From positions 147,799 to 211,798 of the forward strand of contig MNCI01001988.1 of assembly GCA_015680685.1 (NCBI GenBank): a stretch of 64,000 nucleotides of DNA, in the 5' to 3' direction. The notes under the pieces are model-generated. The model had not been told where the DNA came from, searched no databases, and saw only the letters and a list, made by a program, of their open reading frames with translations. This stretch comes from Gnetum montanum (taxonomy: Eukaryota; Plantae; Gnetophyta). Shown here piece by piece: positions 10,838 through 23,885 of the stretch (the stretch's first letter is position 1; every line of letters starts with the position of its first letter). Both the position numbers and the translations under genes were made by a program.

Positions 10838-13800
10838 ATGACACTAAAGCAATGTGGAGGAAAGAGTCAAAATATTACGATTGAAAAGATAGATGAGTGT
10901 GCTAGGGACTTGCAAAGATTTCCTAGGCCTATCTCCATCTATGCCTTGTCTATTGATGCTTCAAGATAGGCATTTCTACCCATTGTTTCTTTCATTTCTA
11001 TCTATTTTTCATGTTTTTTTTTGCCATGTGTGGGGCTATTTTTCTTAGATCTATGCTTGCAGAGGGGATAAAATTAAATTCTAACAAAGTCCCACCTTTT
11101 ATTTTTTCCATTTCTATTTAGATCTATGGTCATTTCATTGTTTTGGCTTTAGTAGATTTGATTTTGAAATTAAGCTTGCTATTTTCATGGTGTTTTTTTT
11201 CCAAAATTAGAGGGTTAATTGTTTTTCTTAGATCTAGGCCTTGATGTTCATTAAAATTTAATTCTAATGAAATGCTACCCCATTGTTTTGGTTTTTTTAA
11301 TGGGTATGAATTGTATCAACTATTTTGGCTATTTGTTCTTGTTTATGTTAAGTTAGGCTTTATGAATTTTAAGCTTTTTGCATGAAAAAGCAAGAAATAT
11401 TCTATATTTTTTCATAAATTAAAGGCTGCATATTTTTGAAATTAAATGTTATGAGTTTGTAGCCTATGTTTAAGCTTTCCTATGGCTGGTGTCTCATTCG
11501 GTTTGGCTTTGAAATCATTAAATTATGGTTTTTTTCCTAAGGGTATGTAGTTATGTTTATTATGTTCCTTTTAGATTTTCATGTGAATTCATGAATTGTT
11601 TCTAAGAAAATTTCATGATTTTTGGCTACTTTTTGGTCATTACTAGATAGGCCTTGGCTTTAGCTTTCCAATGTAGGTGGAATCACTTTGATTTGGTTAG
11701 AACTGAATTTTTAATATATTTTTCATTAAGTTGGTATCAAAAGGGGGTTTGTGCCATTTCTAGATTTTCATCCAAATTGATGATTTTTTCTAAATAAATT
11801 GCTAGGTTTTTGAATTTTTGTTAAGCATGGTTGTGTAGGGATCGATTTAAGTTTTCAAATGGTGGTGGAATCACTTTGTTTGGAGTTCAAATTAAGTTTT
11901 GGCAAATTGTTTACCAACCCTCCATGAAAGAGGGTTAATGGTGATGGCTATGGTATTTGCTAGACTTGTCTATGTTTCATGTGAAAACGGTTATGTATCT
12001 CTAGTTGTAATGGTCATGGCTACAATGTTTGTGACTTTAGGATTCCTTCCTTGGTGGAATCACTAAAATTGGAGCTTGGATGAATCTTTCATAAATTTTT
12101 AGTGATGGCTATATCATGGTTGTAGCACTTTATCCCCTTGGGGATGGATGTAGTTGACATGCCTAGAGATTACTCTTGTCAACTCCCATCATTGCTAAAT
12201 ATGTAAAACTTATGTTTTAATTTTTTTTAAAGAAAAGTAAAGGTTTTTACTATTTTTAGAAGGCCTTTTGCTATGGCTATATGCTTTTTTCTAAGTTTAG
12301 GCATGATTTAAACTAAAGCTTAATTTTGGGCTATAAAGGTTTGGCTATAATGAAAAAGGCTATGAAAAGCTGTAATAATGCTTTTTGTGGAATTTCTTAA
12401 GCTAATTTAAATAAACACTTTAGAGATTTTTATGGAGGCTAATTTCATCTCCAACTGGGATGTTTTTTCAAACTTGTTATGAAATTATAATTGGTCATAA
12501 TATTTTTGTTGTGCTTCATACATGGTCTACTTGAAGTCTATCCTCATCATTGTGGACTTGGTGGGCATTCTATGCTATATTGGCCACCCAAAGGACAACA
12601 CCCCACTTCTTGACATGCTGTTGCAGAAGGCTTCACTATGGTTCTAGCCTAGGGCAAGGGAATTTTTTACCTACATCCTATATAAGTTTAGTGTGATGCT
12701 ATGGTCACACTTATTTGTAGATGTGGCTAGGACCATATTGGAGACCTTGTTGCTTTGGGCATCTGGCCTGATTGTCAAGTTCATTACTGAAAATCTGCCT
12801 ATTAAGTCATCAAGGGGATAAATAGATGTAATATGTCTATGTTACCTTATGGAGATCTGGATCATGCTAGAGTATAATTAGTATAATGCTGATAATACTT
12901 TGATGGTGGCACATAGAGCCCACACATTATTCCAGAACTTAGCTAGCACTGTGTATCATCTACTTGGGTAAGCTTAGTTATTATAGTATTTTTATGGCTT
13001 TATTGACTACTTTTACTAACTTCGTTGGCTTTGTGAACTTCTTGTAGGTATCAAGTCAATAATCAAGGCTTGATCATTAATGATCAAACCTTAGAAATTG
13101 CTCAAACTACCTTAGATGAATTCACCAAGGGCCCCCATATTAGAAATGTTGTGTATCAATAGTTAAAAAGGGACTTTGATGCATACACTACAAGGTTCAA
13201 CCTTGTATACAAGAAGTGTAAGGATGATGAAATGATACAAAACTAGTGGGTAGATTCCACTAACTAAATGGAATAGACCCTTGTAGCTAGAACCTCCACT
13301 CAAACCACATTGAAGAAGAAGAAGAAAAGTAAACATAAAGGTTATCGCTTCTAATATTTTATGGTTATAAACACTCCAAGTCTCCTATTTCTTTGACTAG
13401 TTGTTGATGCTAAACTTTAGTTGTTGCCTTGCAGGACCTTCCACCTCTGTTGATGTCACTATACCACTTTTAGAAGAACATCATGAGGATATCCTCATCT
13501 TGAAATTTGGTGAAGTGATATTAGCATAGGAGTGGTTGAGGCGACAATTTCTCGGACACATTCAAGTAAATATCTAGCATGTGGGTTTGCTTGATGTATT
13601 CATGGCACCTATCCCTTCCATCCTTGCTACTGAGATGCTACACATGATTGACTACTTTGATGAGAAGGCTAGTCATTTTAGCAGCGTCATTTAGGGCATG
13701 AAGGTCAACATGGACATTGATGAGGGAATCTATTACAACTTTTTTGGTATCCCTACTGATAGGGAAAAGGTTTCCACCATAATAGTAAAGGAACTGAGCC

Positions 13801-16099
13801 ATCATGAGGAAGTTTTCGAGTGGCTTGGTGCCAACATGGATAAATCCAAAATTTCCATGGGTAGCTCCATGAACCCTAATGCAAAGGAGTCATATCCTTT
13901 GTTTAGGTCTCATGCATTTCTCAAACTATTTTTGCAAAATTAGGTGATTGGCATCATGCAGGGGTGAACCGTTAAGAAGGTAATGATGGATGATACTAGG
14001 TTCAACTAGGTGGCTACTTTGGTTGTTGGGCTTCAGGAGGAGATCCTTAGACTTTGCATGGACACCTCTATAATAATCCACATGAATTTTTCATTTTTAT
14101 GAGTTATTTGAAGAGGTTTGTGGAGTTTCTAATGGTTTATAGGAATGGATGATGGGTTTTCCAAGATCCAAGATAACTTTCTAAGCCTTGGATAAAGCAC
14201 ATTTATGCAATGATGCAACCCCAAAACCCACTAGAGGGAATGGGTGATATATCATCCATTACCACCAAGAGTCTTGATGCTAGGTAGTGTGAGTCTCATG
14301 ATAGCACAAATGATGGGGATACTTTCACATTTCTAGCAAGCATATTGGAGGCTAAACAATAATGTAGGAAGGTTAAAGGGGTAGCTAGAGAGTAACTTAA
14401 GAGTTCCATGGTGGAAGCACCATTGGCGTCAAACCAACCCACCTTAAATAATATTAAATTTAAGCTTAAGCCATCACAACAAGTAATGACAAGTATGCTT
14501 TTCTTAAGTTTTCCTATTTTATATTTTAAATTTTATGGCTATGTGATGGTTTCATGTGTTAACTGATTTTCTATGTGCTATGGGTGTAGACAAGTGTCAG
14601 GTCTTGGTAGCCCAAGTTGCTATAGAGGAAGAACAAAGGTATGCAAAAGAGACAGTCCTAAAGTAACCTAAGGCTAAAGGGTTTTCCAATGAAGATATAA
14701 ATGATCTAGATGCCTTGTTTAGTGAGGCAATGCTAGGTACATCACCCATCATCATCCTAGAGGAGGAGCCAATTATGCCCATGCCTTAACACTTTTGTTA
14801 TATCGTATGGTTTAATTTTGGTTTTCATCGTAACCATTCGATGATTATAATGCTTATAGTAGTTCTTGAGTTACTAGTGCAAGCTCCTATGCCTAAGTTT
14901 CATGTGAAATCGTGTGTGGAGATTGTAGACAAGATGGAGTTCATGCATGGGATGGTTTTGGACATCATTGATCGATAGCAATAGATTGCACTCGAGATAG
15001 GTAAGGACTTTGTTTTATGTGCCTTAGTTGTTTGGCCATATCATAGCTTGTGCTTATGTTATGAATATCTTAGGTTGTACATCATGTTTATGGTTGTATT
15101 TCATGCTTGTGTAGTGCCTTCTATGGAGTGGGACCCTAGCAAAGGCATGGAGATTGACTCCTTGCCTAAGCTTTCCTTTGATGTATCTAGTGTACCCTTA
15201 AAGTTGTATGAGATTACTACTGATCTAGCAATGTCATGTGTAAAAACTTCATGGAAGCTAGAGAGGTTCAATGAATTCTTATAAGAGAAAGTTATGGCCT
15301 TAAGGGAGAAGACTCAATAGTAGGAGAAGAAGATTAGAGATCTCTAAGATTGCAAGGATTTTGTGAAATTCGAAGAGGCTAACTTAGGGAAATTGTAGAC
15401 CAAGGTGATCACATGGACTCACTACTGGCATACCATTTGGGAAAAATTAGCAATTTTATAGGAGATGGAGGAACAACAAATGTAGATGGACCTCATATTC
15501 CAAAAGGTTGAGGACTAGAAAGATTACTATGCGTAGGTCCTAGAGTGGGGTAAGAAATAAAAGGTCCATAAGAAATTGTACAAGGATGATCCTAGGACCT
15601 ACCTTAATTATTTTAAGGAGAAAATTAAATGGTGTAAGAGAGATATGTTCATCTAGGGGATCTAGGTAGAGAGTGCTTATTAGCTTTTTGAGAGTAATCT
15701 CATGGTGGAGCAATCCCCTACTACTTAGATTATCACTACTGTAGATGAGACCTCTATAGCTGCTATTAGCTAAGAGCCACTGACTTAGACTATGATAGAT
15801 AGAACTAGCATCCTTTCTAGCATTGATCTTGAAGATCTTGACTAGGTAAACATGATAGAGGACTAGATCCTTCATCGCTTAGAGGAATGCCTTCCACATC
15901 TACCACTGAGAGTTATAAAGCTAGAATCCTCATAGGTTTGATGTATTTTATATTTTACATTTTTAGTTTTAATTTATGGTTTTGGCTATTGGTTACTAAT
16001 TCGCTATGTGTTGTTGTATTTTAGGCCTCAAGAGACATTGGTAGTCCTAGCGGTGAGGGTGGAGATGATCCATCACTTCCTCCTTTGGATGCCCCTTAG
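10838..16099 (+). pseudogene. Antisense multi-exon accessory gene of element C
   Basis: Exon 1 is 10838-10965 (donor decayed to AT). Exon 2 is about 12524-12967 (LIIVDLVGIL...F*PRAREFFTYILYKFSVMLWSH...YNADNTLMVAH). Further exons start at 13048, 13435, about 14590, about 15115 and 16025, with GT/AG boundaries. Includes ORF 13698..13943. Confidence 0.8.
11470..12075. repeat. Four diverged units of about 190-nt period in intron 1 of the C antisense gene
   Basis: GGTGGAATCACT..TTGG-like cores near 11487, 11676, 11865 and 12053. Confidence 0.55.
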
Positions 16100-16409
16100 C
16101 ATCCTCCATTTACTCATTTTCAGCTTGTTGGCTATATTACTTGTATTTTCATGTTGATGGCTAATGTTAGCCAAGACTATGTTATAAGTGGTTGTCATTA
16201 TTTTTTGACATTTTTGCCACATAGTGTGGCCATGGCTATGTATGTTATGGGCACTTTAAATTTAAACTTAAAATTTAGGTTTCATTTTTGGCTGTATATA
16301 TTTTTATAGTAAATGTTGTAAATGGCTATGTTGATATTTTTTTCTATAAAATTAAGCAACTAATTGATGCGATAATAGGCTAAAAAAAATATAATAAAAT
16401 AGGCATTTC

Positions 16410-16710
16410 CTAGTTTTAGGCCATAGCGGGCATAGGTTATATGGATTCTTCTAGTTTAGGACCATAGTGAGCCATGTTTTGTTATAGTTACATTGCCAAT
16501 TTTAGGCTATGGTAGGCCTTGTTGCTAGTTTAAAGTCTTAGCAAATTGTGATGCTAGTTTAAGACCATAGTGGGCTATGTTGTGCTATTATCTTTGTGAA
16601 TTTAAGATCAGGGAAAGCCATGTTGCATGATAAGTTTTTGCCAGTTTGAGGCCATGGCGGGCCATGTTGTGTGATTATCTTTGCTAGTTTAAGGCCATAA
16701 TGGACCATGT
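16410..16710 (-). repeat. Motif array (TAGTTTAAGGCCAT) between protease and the antisense gene 3' end in C
   Basis: About 8 copies; the reverse complement matches the GACCTTAAACTAG motif. Confidence 0.8.
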
Positions 16711-16899
16711 TACAAGAAAAGAAGCTTATATCTACAATTTTATGTTCTAAAGTTTTTAAATATTTTACCTTGTTCATAACATGAATAAAAGAAAACAAGT
16801 AAAAATGCAAATGAAAGTAGAAACTTAGGCTACATGCATAAAGAGTAAAACAAAGTATGTAAAAAGATATAACAAATTAGGCTACATGGCTATTGGTGC

Positions 16900-18640
16900 A
16901 TCTTGTTATAAGGGCATGGAGAGGTTAACATGCACTTCACTTATGCAAATTTTTTCCTAATCTTTGAAAGATTATGGAAAGAGTAAGGTCATCTTTGAAT
17001 AAGTTTGTATTCACCATCACCTTCCTTGATGATGTTAAAAGGGAGTTCATCCCATAATGCATCCCTTTACTTATCGTTGTCATCGTTGGGTTGTTTCTCT
17101 CTATTGGGTTGATGGACTTTGTGACTAGGAGCTTATTCTTGAAGCTCCACTTTAGACCCCTACTCTATGCTCATGTTGTTAATAGCTAGGGAAACCACAC
17201 TATCACCATGAATGATGATTTTACATCCCTCATAAGGAAGATGAATTTATTGATGCATGGGTAAGGACATGGCCTGTAATTAAACCAACCATGTTCTTTC
17301 TATGATAAGATTGAATCCTAATGTTTCCTCCAGCACTAATAAATTGGCAGTTATTGGGAATTGTTCCCCTATACCAAAATCCAATGGGATAGAGGATATG
17401 TATCCTCTAGGTAATGCATGGTACCAATCAAGTGCTTTCCTAGTCAAGGACCTAGGGAAAATTCTCATGATGGTATGAGGCCATGGCTGTAAGAGCAAAC
17501 ACTCAAATCTAAAGCTTATAAGATGAGAATTAGGGTCACCTTCTTTGTTGTATTTGCTAAAATAGAGAATAGGAACACTAGGAGGAATTGTCAAGGGTGG
17601 GACCATAGGACTGATGGGATCATCTTGGTAAAAGTTCATAATTTTGATAGTTTGTGAAGTAGAGGCTTTAAGCCTATTCAACTCCTCCATCAAGTCTTGG
17701 ATCATATGGAAGGATTTATCTAAGCCCTGTGATGGCCTTGTTGGTTTTAGGATTTACACATATGGTTGTGGAATCTATTGTGAGGCCTATGACCTTGCTA
17801 TGGGTTGTAGGATGGAAGAAAGAGGTTCTGTCATGGTCATAGTGTGTAAGCCAAACAAGGAAAAAGATGTTTATGTTGATACTTGAGGCACAAATGGGAT
17901 AAAGGGGGTGTGAGATCCCTAAGTTGCTTGGGGTACCATGGTGAGTCCCACATAGGTAGTTAACAAGTTTGTGATGGTGAAAACCATTAGTGAAGGTTGC
18001 ATAGACCAAGGATGTGTGGTAAATAACATCAACAAGTTATAGGCTATTGATTGTGACATTGTTTGGATTTGATTATTGGCTATGATTTATGTGGGACCAG
18101 TTGTGGTAGGGTAGGAGGGAGTGGAAGGTGGCAACACCATGCCCATGGAGAAAAAAAAAATCATTAGAGGAAGGTGTTGTGACCTTGATGAATGTCTGTT
18201 GGAACAATCCTCCTAGGATGTTTTTAGGCTTAAATTCCACCCTAAATTCATCCTCCTCTTCCTGTTGTTCCTTTGAGCTATGTTTGTCCACTTCTTGCTC
18301 CATCTCAAAAATTGGGCTAAGATACTAGCATAGATATCAGTTAGAGGAATTTGGTAATAGGGGGAAGGGATGTACACCTTACCATTACAATGGATGAGTT
18401 CAAACTCCCTTTTGGCTTCTACCTTCAAACATGGAATCAACATAGTAACCTATATTTGAAGTTATATTAGTCTTCATTTATGGTTGTAAAATCATGAATT
18501 TTCTCCTTGACTCTCAAATACTACCTACATTTAATGATAGTAGGGTCTTTGGGATCATACGCCCTCATGGCTTGTTGGCTAGGACGTTTGCTAGTGAAGG
18601 TGAGGGGTAACTTGGTGGACTATTGGAAAGACATGTCTAT
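16900..18640 (-). pseudogene. gag: gag-protease remnant of C with an internal in-frame deletion
   Basis: ORF 17280..17705 joins gag (FSKYNKEGDPNSHL...FPRSLTRKALDWY) to the protease C-terminal half (FNLIIERTWL). Outer boundaries are approximate. Confidence 0.8.
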
Positions 18641-18767
18641 AGTGTTGAAAATGGCTTAAAATAGGCTATAAATGATAAAAAAAAAACTAAATTCTAGTGA
18701 ATGGAATTCAAAAAAATTTAAAAGAATGCAAAAATAGATAAAAATTAAGTGTGGGGTAAGGGGATTT

Positions 18768-19900
18768 TACTCCTTTACCAAAAATGAAAAGTTGAGAAAG
18801 TTGGTGTTAAGCCTTTCCCATGTTGGCCTTCTAATTGCCTCTATGCTAGGTATGGTAGGGGGGAAAGAAGGGAGGTTAGATGATGGAAATCTCACACCTT
18901 CTAATCCAACATTGATGGGGAAAGAGTTTGAAAACCAAAGTGGATAGTTGATGTTTTTTCACTAAAACTAGTTTTAGTAGGTTGCTAATTCTCTCATCTA
19001 GGAGAGATGGGGGGAAGCTGACTTCTAGAAGTTTGATGATTTCTGGATGGTTTGTACCACCCACTTTAGAAACTAGAAAAAATTAGCAAAAAAAAGAAAA
19101 AAAGGGGGGAAAAGGTATCAATGTTGGATTTGGGTAGGAAAATTCATATTAGTTGCTATGAAAAGCTAACATCCAACCACCTACAACTTCCATGCTATAG
19201 TATTGGTCACAAGGGGTAAAGAGTAGCATTAAATTTTTCAAAATTTTGGTTGTAAAATATTAGAACAAGCCTACAAATAGAAATAACAGCCATATAGTTC
19301 TATTAATTAGCTAAAAATGGAGCACTTTCTATGATTAGTAAGTGAGGGATAATGGAGGCTTACCCCTTTACCAAAATTAGAAAGCTCAAAATGTTGGCGC
19401 TAAGCCTTACCCATGTTGGTGCTAAGCCTTACCCATGTTGGCATCCTAACTACCTCTATGATGGGTATGGTAGAGGGGGAAATAAGGAACTGAGATGATG
19501 GGAATCTCACACCTTCTAATCCAATGTTTATGGGGGAAACATTAAAAATCAAAGTGAAAAATTCATGCTTTTTTACTAAGATTGGTTTTGGTAGTCTGCT
19601 AATTTTCTTAGCTAGGAAAGATGGGGAAAAGATGACTTGTAGAGGTTTGATGATTTCTAAAAGGGTTTCACCATACACTTTTGAAACTAAAAAAAAATTG
19701 GTAGCAAAAAAGGAAAAGTGGGGGGGAAATTAGCAATGAAAAATAAAAAGTGAGGAAAATTATTGATGTTGGCTTTGGGCTAAAAAATTCATAGCTGTTG
19801 TTATGAAAAGCCAACATCCAACCACCTACAACTTCCACATTGAAATTTTTGTCACAAGGGGGACAGGGTAGTGTTGAGTTTTTGAAGGTTTTGGTGGAAT
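18768..19900. repeat. Tandem duplication (about 590 nt period) in the 5' leader of C
   Basis: 18768-19260 matches 19360-19900, with a partial third unit near 19900-20000. Confidence 0.8.
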
Positions 19901-20118
19901 GCCAACATTGGCCTTGAAATTCATAGTAACCACTATGAAAATCTTAAACATCCAAACACTTGAAACTTCCATGCTAGGCTTTGATTATAGGGTGGATGGA
20001 TCACAACATTAGGTTTTGAAGGTTTAAAAAGTATAGATGTAAAAATTGTAGATTTTTGCAATAGAAGGCAATGTTGGCAATAGGGAAAACTAATTTGGAT
20101 GTAGAAATTAGGTAGAGG

Positions 20119-20135
20119 CTCTTCTTCTAACACCA
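20119..20135 (-). other. Primer binding site of C (TGGTGTTAGAAGAAGAG)
   Basis: TGG-led motif a few nt from the LTR end; a variant of the A2 PBS. Confidence 0.6.
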
Positions 20136-20142
20136 AGAAAAT

Positions 20143-21164
20143 TGTTGTGATTGGAATATTTGATCAGTAAAAAATTGAAAGTCCTAGTGTAGTAGCCTCA
20201 AACTCAAATCCCTAGGACATTTGAAAAAATGAGATTTAGGGTGCCCTAGATAGTCTGGTAGATCACACATAGACTTATAGAATGAAAAACAAATGATGCA
20301 AATAATGATGAAAAAATTAAAGATATGTAAAATAGAAAAAGAAATATAAAGGGTACATAAAAAATAAAACTTTAAAACTTTATTAAAATAATAAAGGAAA
20401 AGTTCTAGAAATGTGTACAAGAAATACTCATGAGAGAGCAAAGGAGGGTTCATTAATGTAGGAGTTCAAGGCCAATTGAAGTCGATGTGATCTACTTCAA
20501 GATTTGGATACCAAGACACTCTTGGTGTGTTTGAATATAATCTTGTTGAAGTTGTTAAAATATAGTAAGTGCCTTCCCTCCATGGCCAGCCTTATACCAT
20601 CCTTATTGAAGTTGTTGGTTAATGTTGGAGTGCATGTGGTGTTGAAATATAGCTTTTGTGGCTTCCACACTAGGCACATGCAATCCCCATGCTAGGGGTG
20701 GAGCCTCCACATTGGTGAGGAACTTTCACATTGAGGGAGGAAGGTTTCCATGTTGTGCATGTAGTCTCCACAATGAGGGGGAAATTTTCCAATTTGAGGT
20801 GAAAATCCCCACCCTTCCACATTAGGGATAGGTGAGCTCTTTCTGTTGTAAGTATTTCTAGTGTAGAAAAATGTATACCTTCCATTAATCCCATCAAATT
20901 ATCATTTTTGACATTCCAATAGTAATTTTAACACAGCCCCCGCACCCAAGCCCAAATCTAGACACTAGGTGACTTTTTTCACTTGGGGCATGAATCTTTG
21001 ACCACTTATGAGGCATTTTTTAGCTCGAAAGTATGGAATATATGAGATTGCCTCTCATGGATTACAATCTTCACATTTATAATGAATTTTTTTTTTTGGG
21101 TTTCATGGGGTGAAAGCTACATGATGAAAATTGACTATAACATACAAAATTTTTTGGTGTTTCA
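20143..21164 (-). repeat. 5' LTR of C
   Basis: TG...CA termini, adjacent to the PBS, starting TGAAACACC on the minus strand. Confidence 0.7.
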
Positions 21165-21189
21165 TAAACGTTATTTTACAAAGAACAAA

Positions 21190-22408
21190 ATAAAGAAGAG
21201 TTAAGAGATTATGTACAAAGTGTACCTAAGAGGGTAATAGGAGGGTTCACATGAGCGGGGTTTCAGTGTCCATTGAAGCTAATGTGTTCCACTCCACACT
21301 TTGAATGTCCTACCATTCCCAATGTTGTTGAACCTCCTTTGCTGCTACTTATATATTTGCAACATTGGTTACTATTGAGAGTTGAGAATTGTGAAGAATC
21401 TAAGCTATCCAAGTGCTCTATGCTAGGGGTTGAAAATCCCAGGAGTGCAACATGGAGTCTTAAAACTCAAAAATCTTAAAGGGGATTATAGGGTCATAAG
21501 GCAACAAGGGTTCCATGCTAGGAATACCCAAGGATTAGCATTTATGCAAAGGTTTTCAAGTGCTCTCAAATGTGTCAGGGTGTGAAAGTTTTTCTTGGAA
21601 AATGTATGTATGCTCAATGTATTCAAGTGCCAAAAGAGTGAAACTTGTAAATGATGTTTGAGGCTAGTTTTTATAGGTTTTAGGCCATTAATGGTGCTAA
21701 AAAATGGTTCTAATTTAGCTACAATTTGGCTAAAAAATGGTTGTAAATTGGCTATAATTTTTTTATAAATTTCTACCTCATATGAGTGAGATGGGTGCCC
21801 AAATTTTGGGGGTTACTATATATAGTAAATGCCTTCCCCCCATGGCCATTATATTTACTATAAATAGTAACTACCATCCTTTCTAAAGTGACTAGTTAGT
21901 GTTGGAGTGCATGGAGTGTTGAAATATGGCTTTTGTGGATTCCATGCTAGGGGCATGTATGTTACATGGTGGCGGTGGAGCCTCCATGCTGGGGAAAAAT
22001 TTTCACACTAAGGGGAGGAAGGTTTCCAAGTTGTGCATGCATTGTCCATGATGCTGGGGGCTCACATTGGGGGTAGGTGAGATTTACCCTCTTGCAAGTA
22101 TTTCCAATGTAGAAAAATGTATACCCCCCATAAAACCAATTAAATTGCCATTTTTTGGCATTCCAAAAGGCAATTTTGATCTCCCCCCCAAAGCCTAAAT
22201 ATAGATACTAGGTAAATTTTTCCACTTGGGGAATAAGGCTTTGACCACTTAAGAGGCATTTTTTCAACCCCAAAAGTATGGAATATGTGAGATTTCCCCT
22301 CATGGATTAAAATATTCACATTTACAATGAAGTTTTGCCTTAGGTCTCATGGGGTAAAAGCTACATGATGAAAATTGACCATAATATGGAAATTTTTGTG
22401 GTGTTTCA
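21190..22408 (-). repeat. Second, partial tandem LTR copy of the C type
   Basis: 21820-22408 matches 20560-21164 and 21200-21295 matches 20400-20500. Same GGTGTTTCA terminus. Confidence 0.7.
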
Positions 22409-23442
22409 AGGTACTATTTCAATCAAGTATTGAAGTGCCATTAGCAAGCTTCATTTAATTTTGCATCAGCTTAGAATTGAAAGTGAAATATAGATTCAAA
22501 TCCCCTAGGAAGAGTATACATGTAGGTTGTACAAGTGAAGAGTCCTTAAAGATGACTTACATTTGTTTCTTTTCTATGTTGTGACTACCCATTTGACACA
22601 ACATTATAATGTGGTAGTATAAAACTTGTATGATTTATTTTTTGCTGTGTCCATTTTTGCTTGATCAATTTGTAGATTCTATCTTTATTTTTTATGAAAA
22701 TATAATATTTATCCAATAGATCCAATGGATCTTTGAATATAATAAAGCTTTACTTTGAGATTTAGGTTTAAATACTGACTATTCTTTCTAAGACCAACAT
22801 TTCTTTTGTCTTTAATATATTTTTTAAAATTTCTATAATTTAGCTAAAATATGTCCTTGATATTAAAATTTTTATGCATCCATCATTTTACCCATGTCGA
22901 GCTAGTCAAAATAAGCATAAATGTGCCATAGTTACCTAGGTAGAAATTAGTATTTTAATTAAACTAAAGAAAATATGGATCTACAAGTTACTTTTTTAAT
23001 CATTTAACATTAAAATTTGTAAATTTAGAAGTTAAATGAAGAAACTAATTTTAGATATATACTTTATATATGAAATTACTTTAGTCCACCAAATTTTAGC
23101 TTAATCTAATAGGTTTGAATTTTTAAAATATTTTTATTAATTAAATATTTAATATATTTAAACTTCCAATAAAATGCTAAATAAATGATGGATTCACATT
23201 TCATTAACATGATAGTATTATGTAAAATAATGTTAAACTTTGTCATCCTCATTCATTATTAAAAGTATAATATTTTCTAACTTAAAATGAATAATTAGAA
23301 AGAAATTATAAATAAATCACCTGATCAAAAGTCTGAATATTAATTGGAAGCATTAGTACATCTACAAATATATGTGAGGTTTAAAAAAGTTTAAGTATTT
23401 AATAGAGTGTTAAGATTACATATACAAATGTGGAGCACTACA

Positions 23443-23640
23443 TAACTTTCCTACTTAAGGAGATTCACTTCTAGAAATATAGAAAAAGAAATGGATAAAG
23501 TTCATGTACTTCATCCTCCATTTTCTAAGTAGTCTCATGCACTCTATGGTCCTGCCATTTGACTTTAACTTTACCAGTCTCCTTGTTGTCAAAGATAATA
23601 TGAACGTATAGTCTCCTTACTTTGTGATTAACTTTATTTT
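23443..23640 (-). pseudogene. Chromovirus (Tekay-like) integrase chromodomain remnant with PPT
   Basis: Minus frame VKVKWQDHRVHETT*KMEDEVHELYPFLF resembles the group II chromodomain. It is followed by a purine tract and TGTAG at 23442 (probable LTR start). Confidence 0.6.
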
Positions 23641-23885
23641 GTATGGAGAGTAGTGGTAGGCAACAATCTTTTCTCTATATTTAGAGTGTTAGTTTTAAAT
23701 CATAGGTATTGTAAGTGCTTTTTTGTTTGAGAAAAACCAAAAGGGAAGATTAGGTTAAGACTAGATGTTATAAAATGTTAAAAAGGGACGAAGAGCATTC
23801 ATGTTGGGATCCATGCTAAATGAGGCGAGTTCGTTAAGAAAAAAATATAAATAGAGACATAATCCTTCATAGTAAACTTGCCAAG

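Larger units (their letters stand above)
10400..22408 (-). mobile_element. Related Tat/Ogre-type element, copy C (5' LTRs, PBS, gag-protease, antisense gene; no pol in the window)
   Basis: Same LTR start (TGAAACACC), same PBS type, same motif array and a homologous antisense gene as A1 and A2. Confidence 0.8.
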
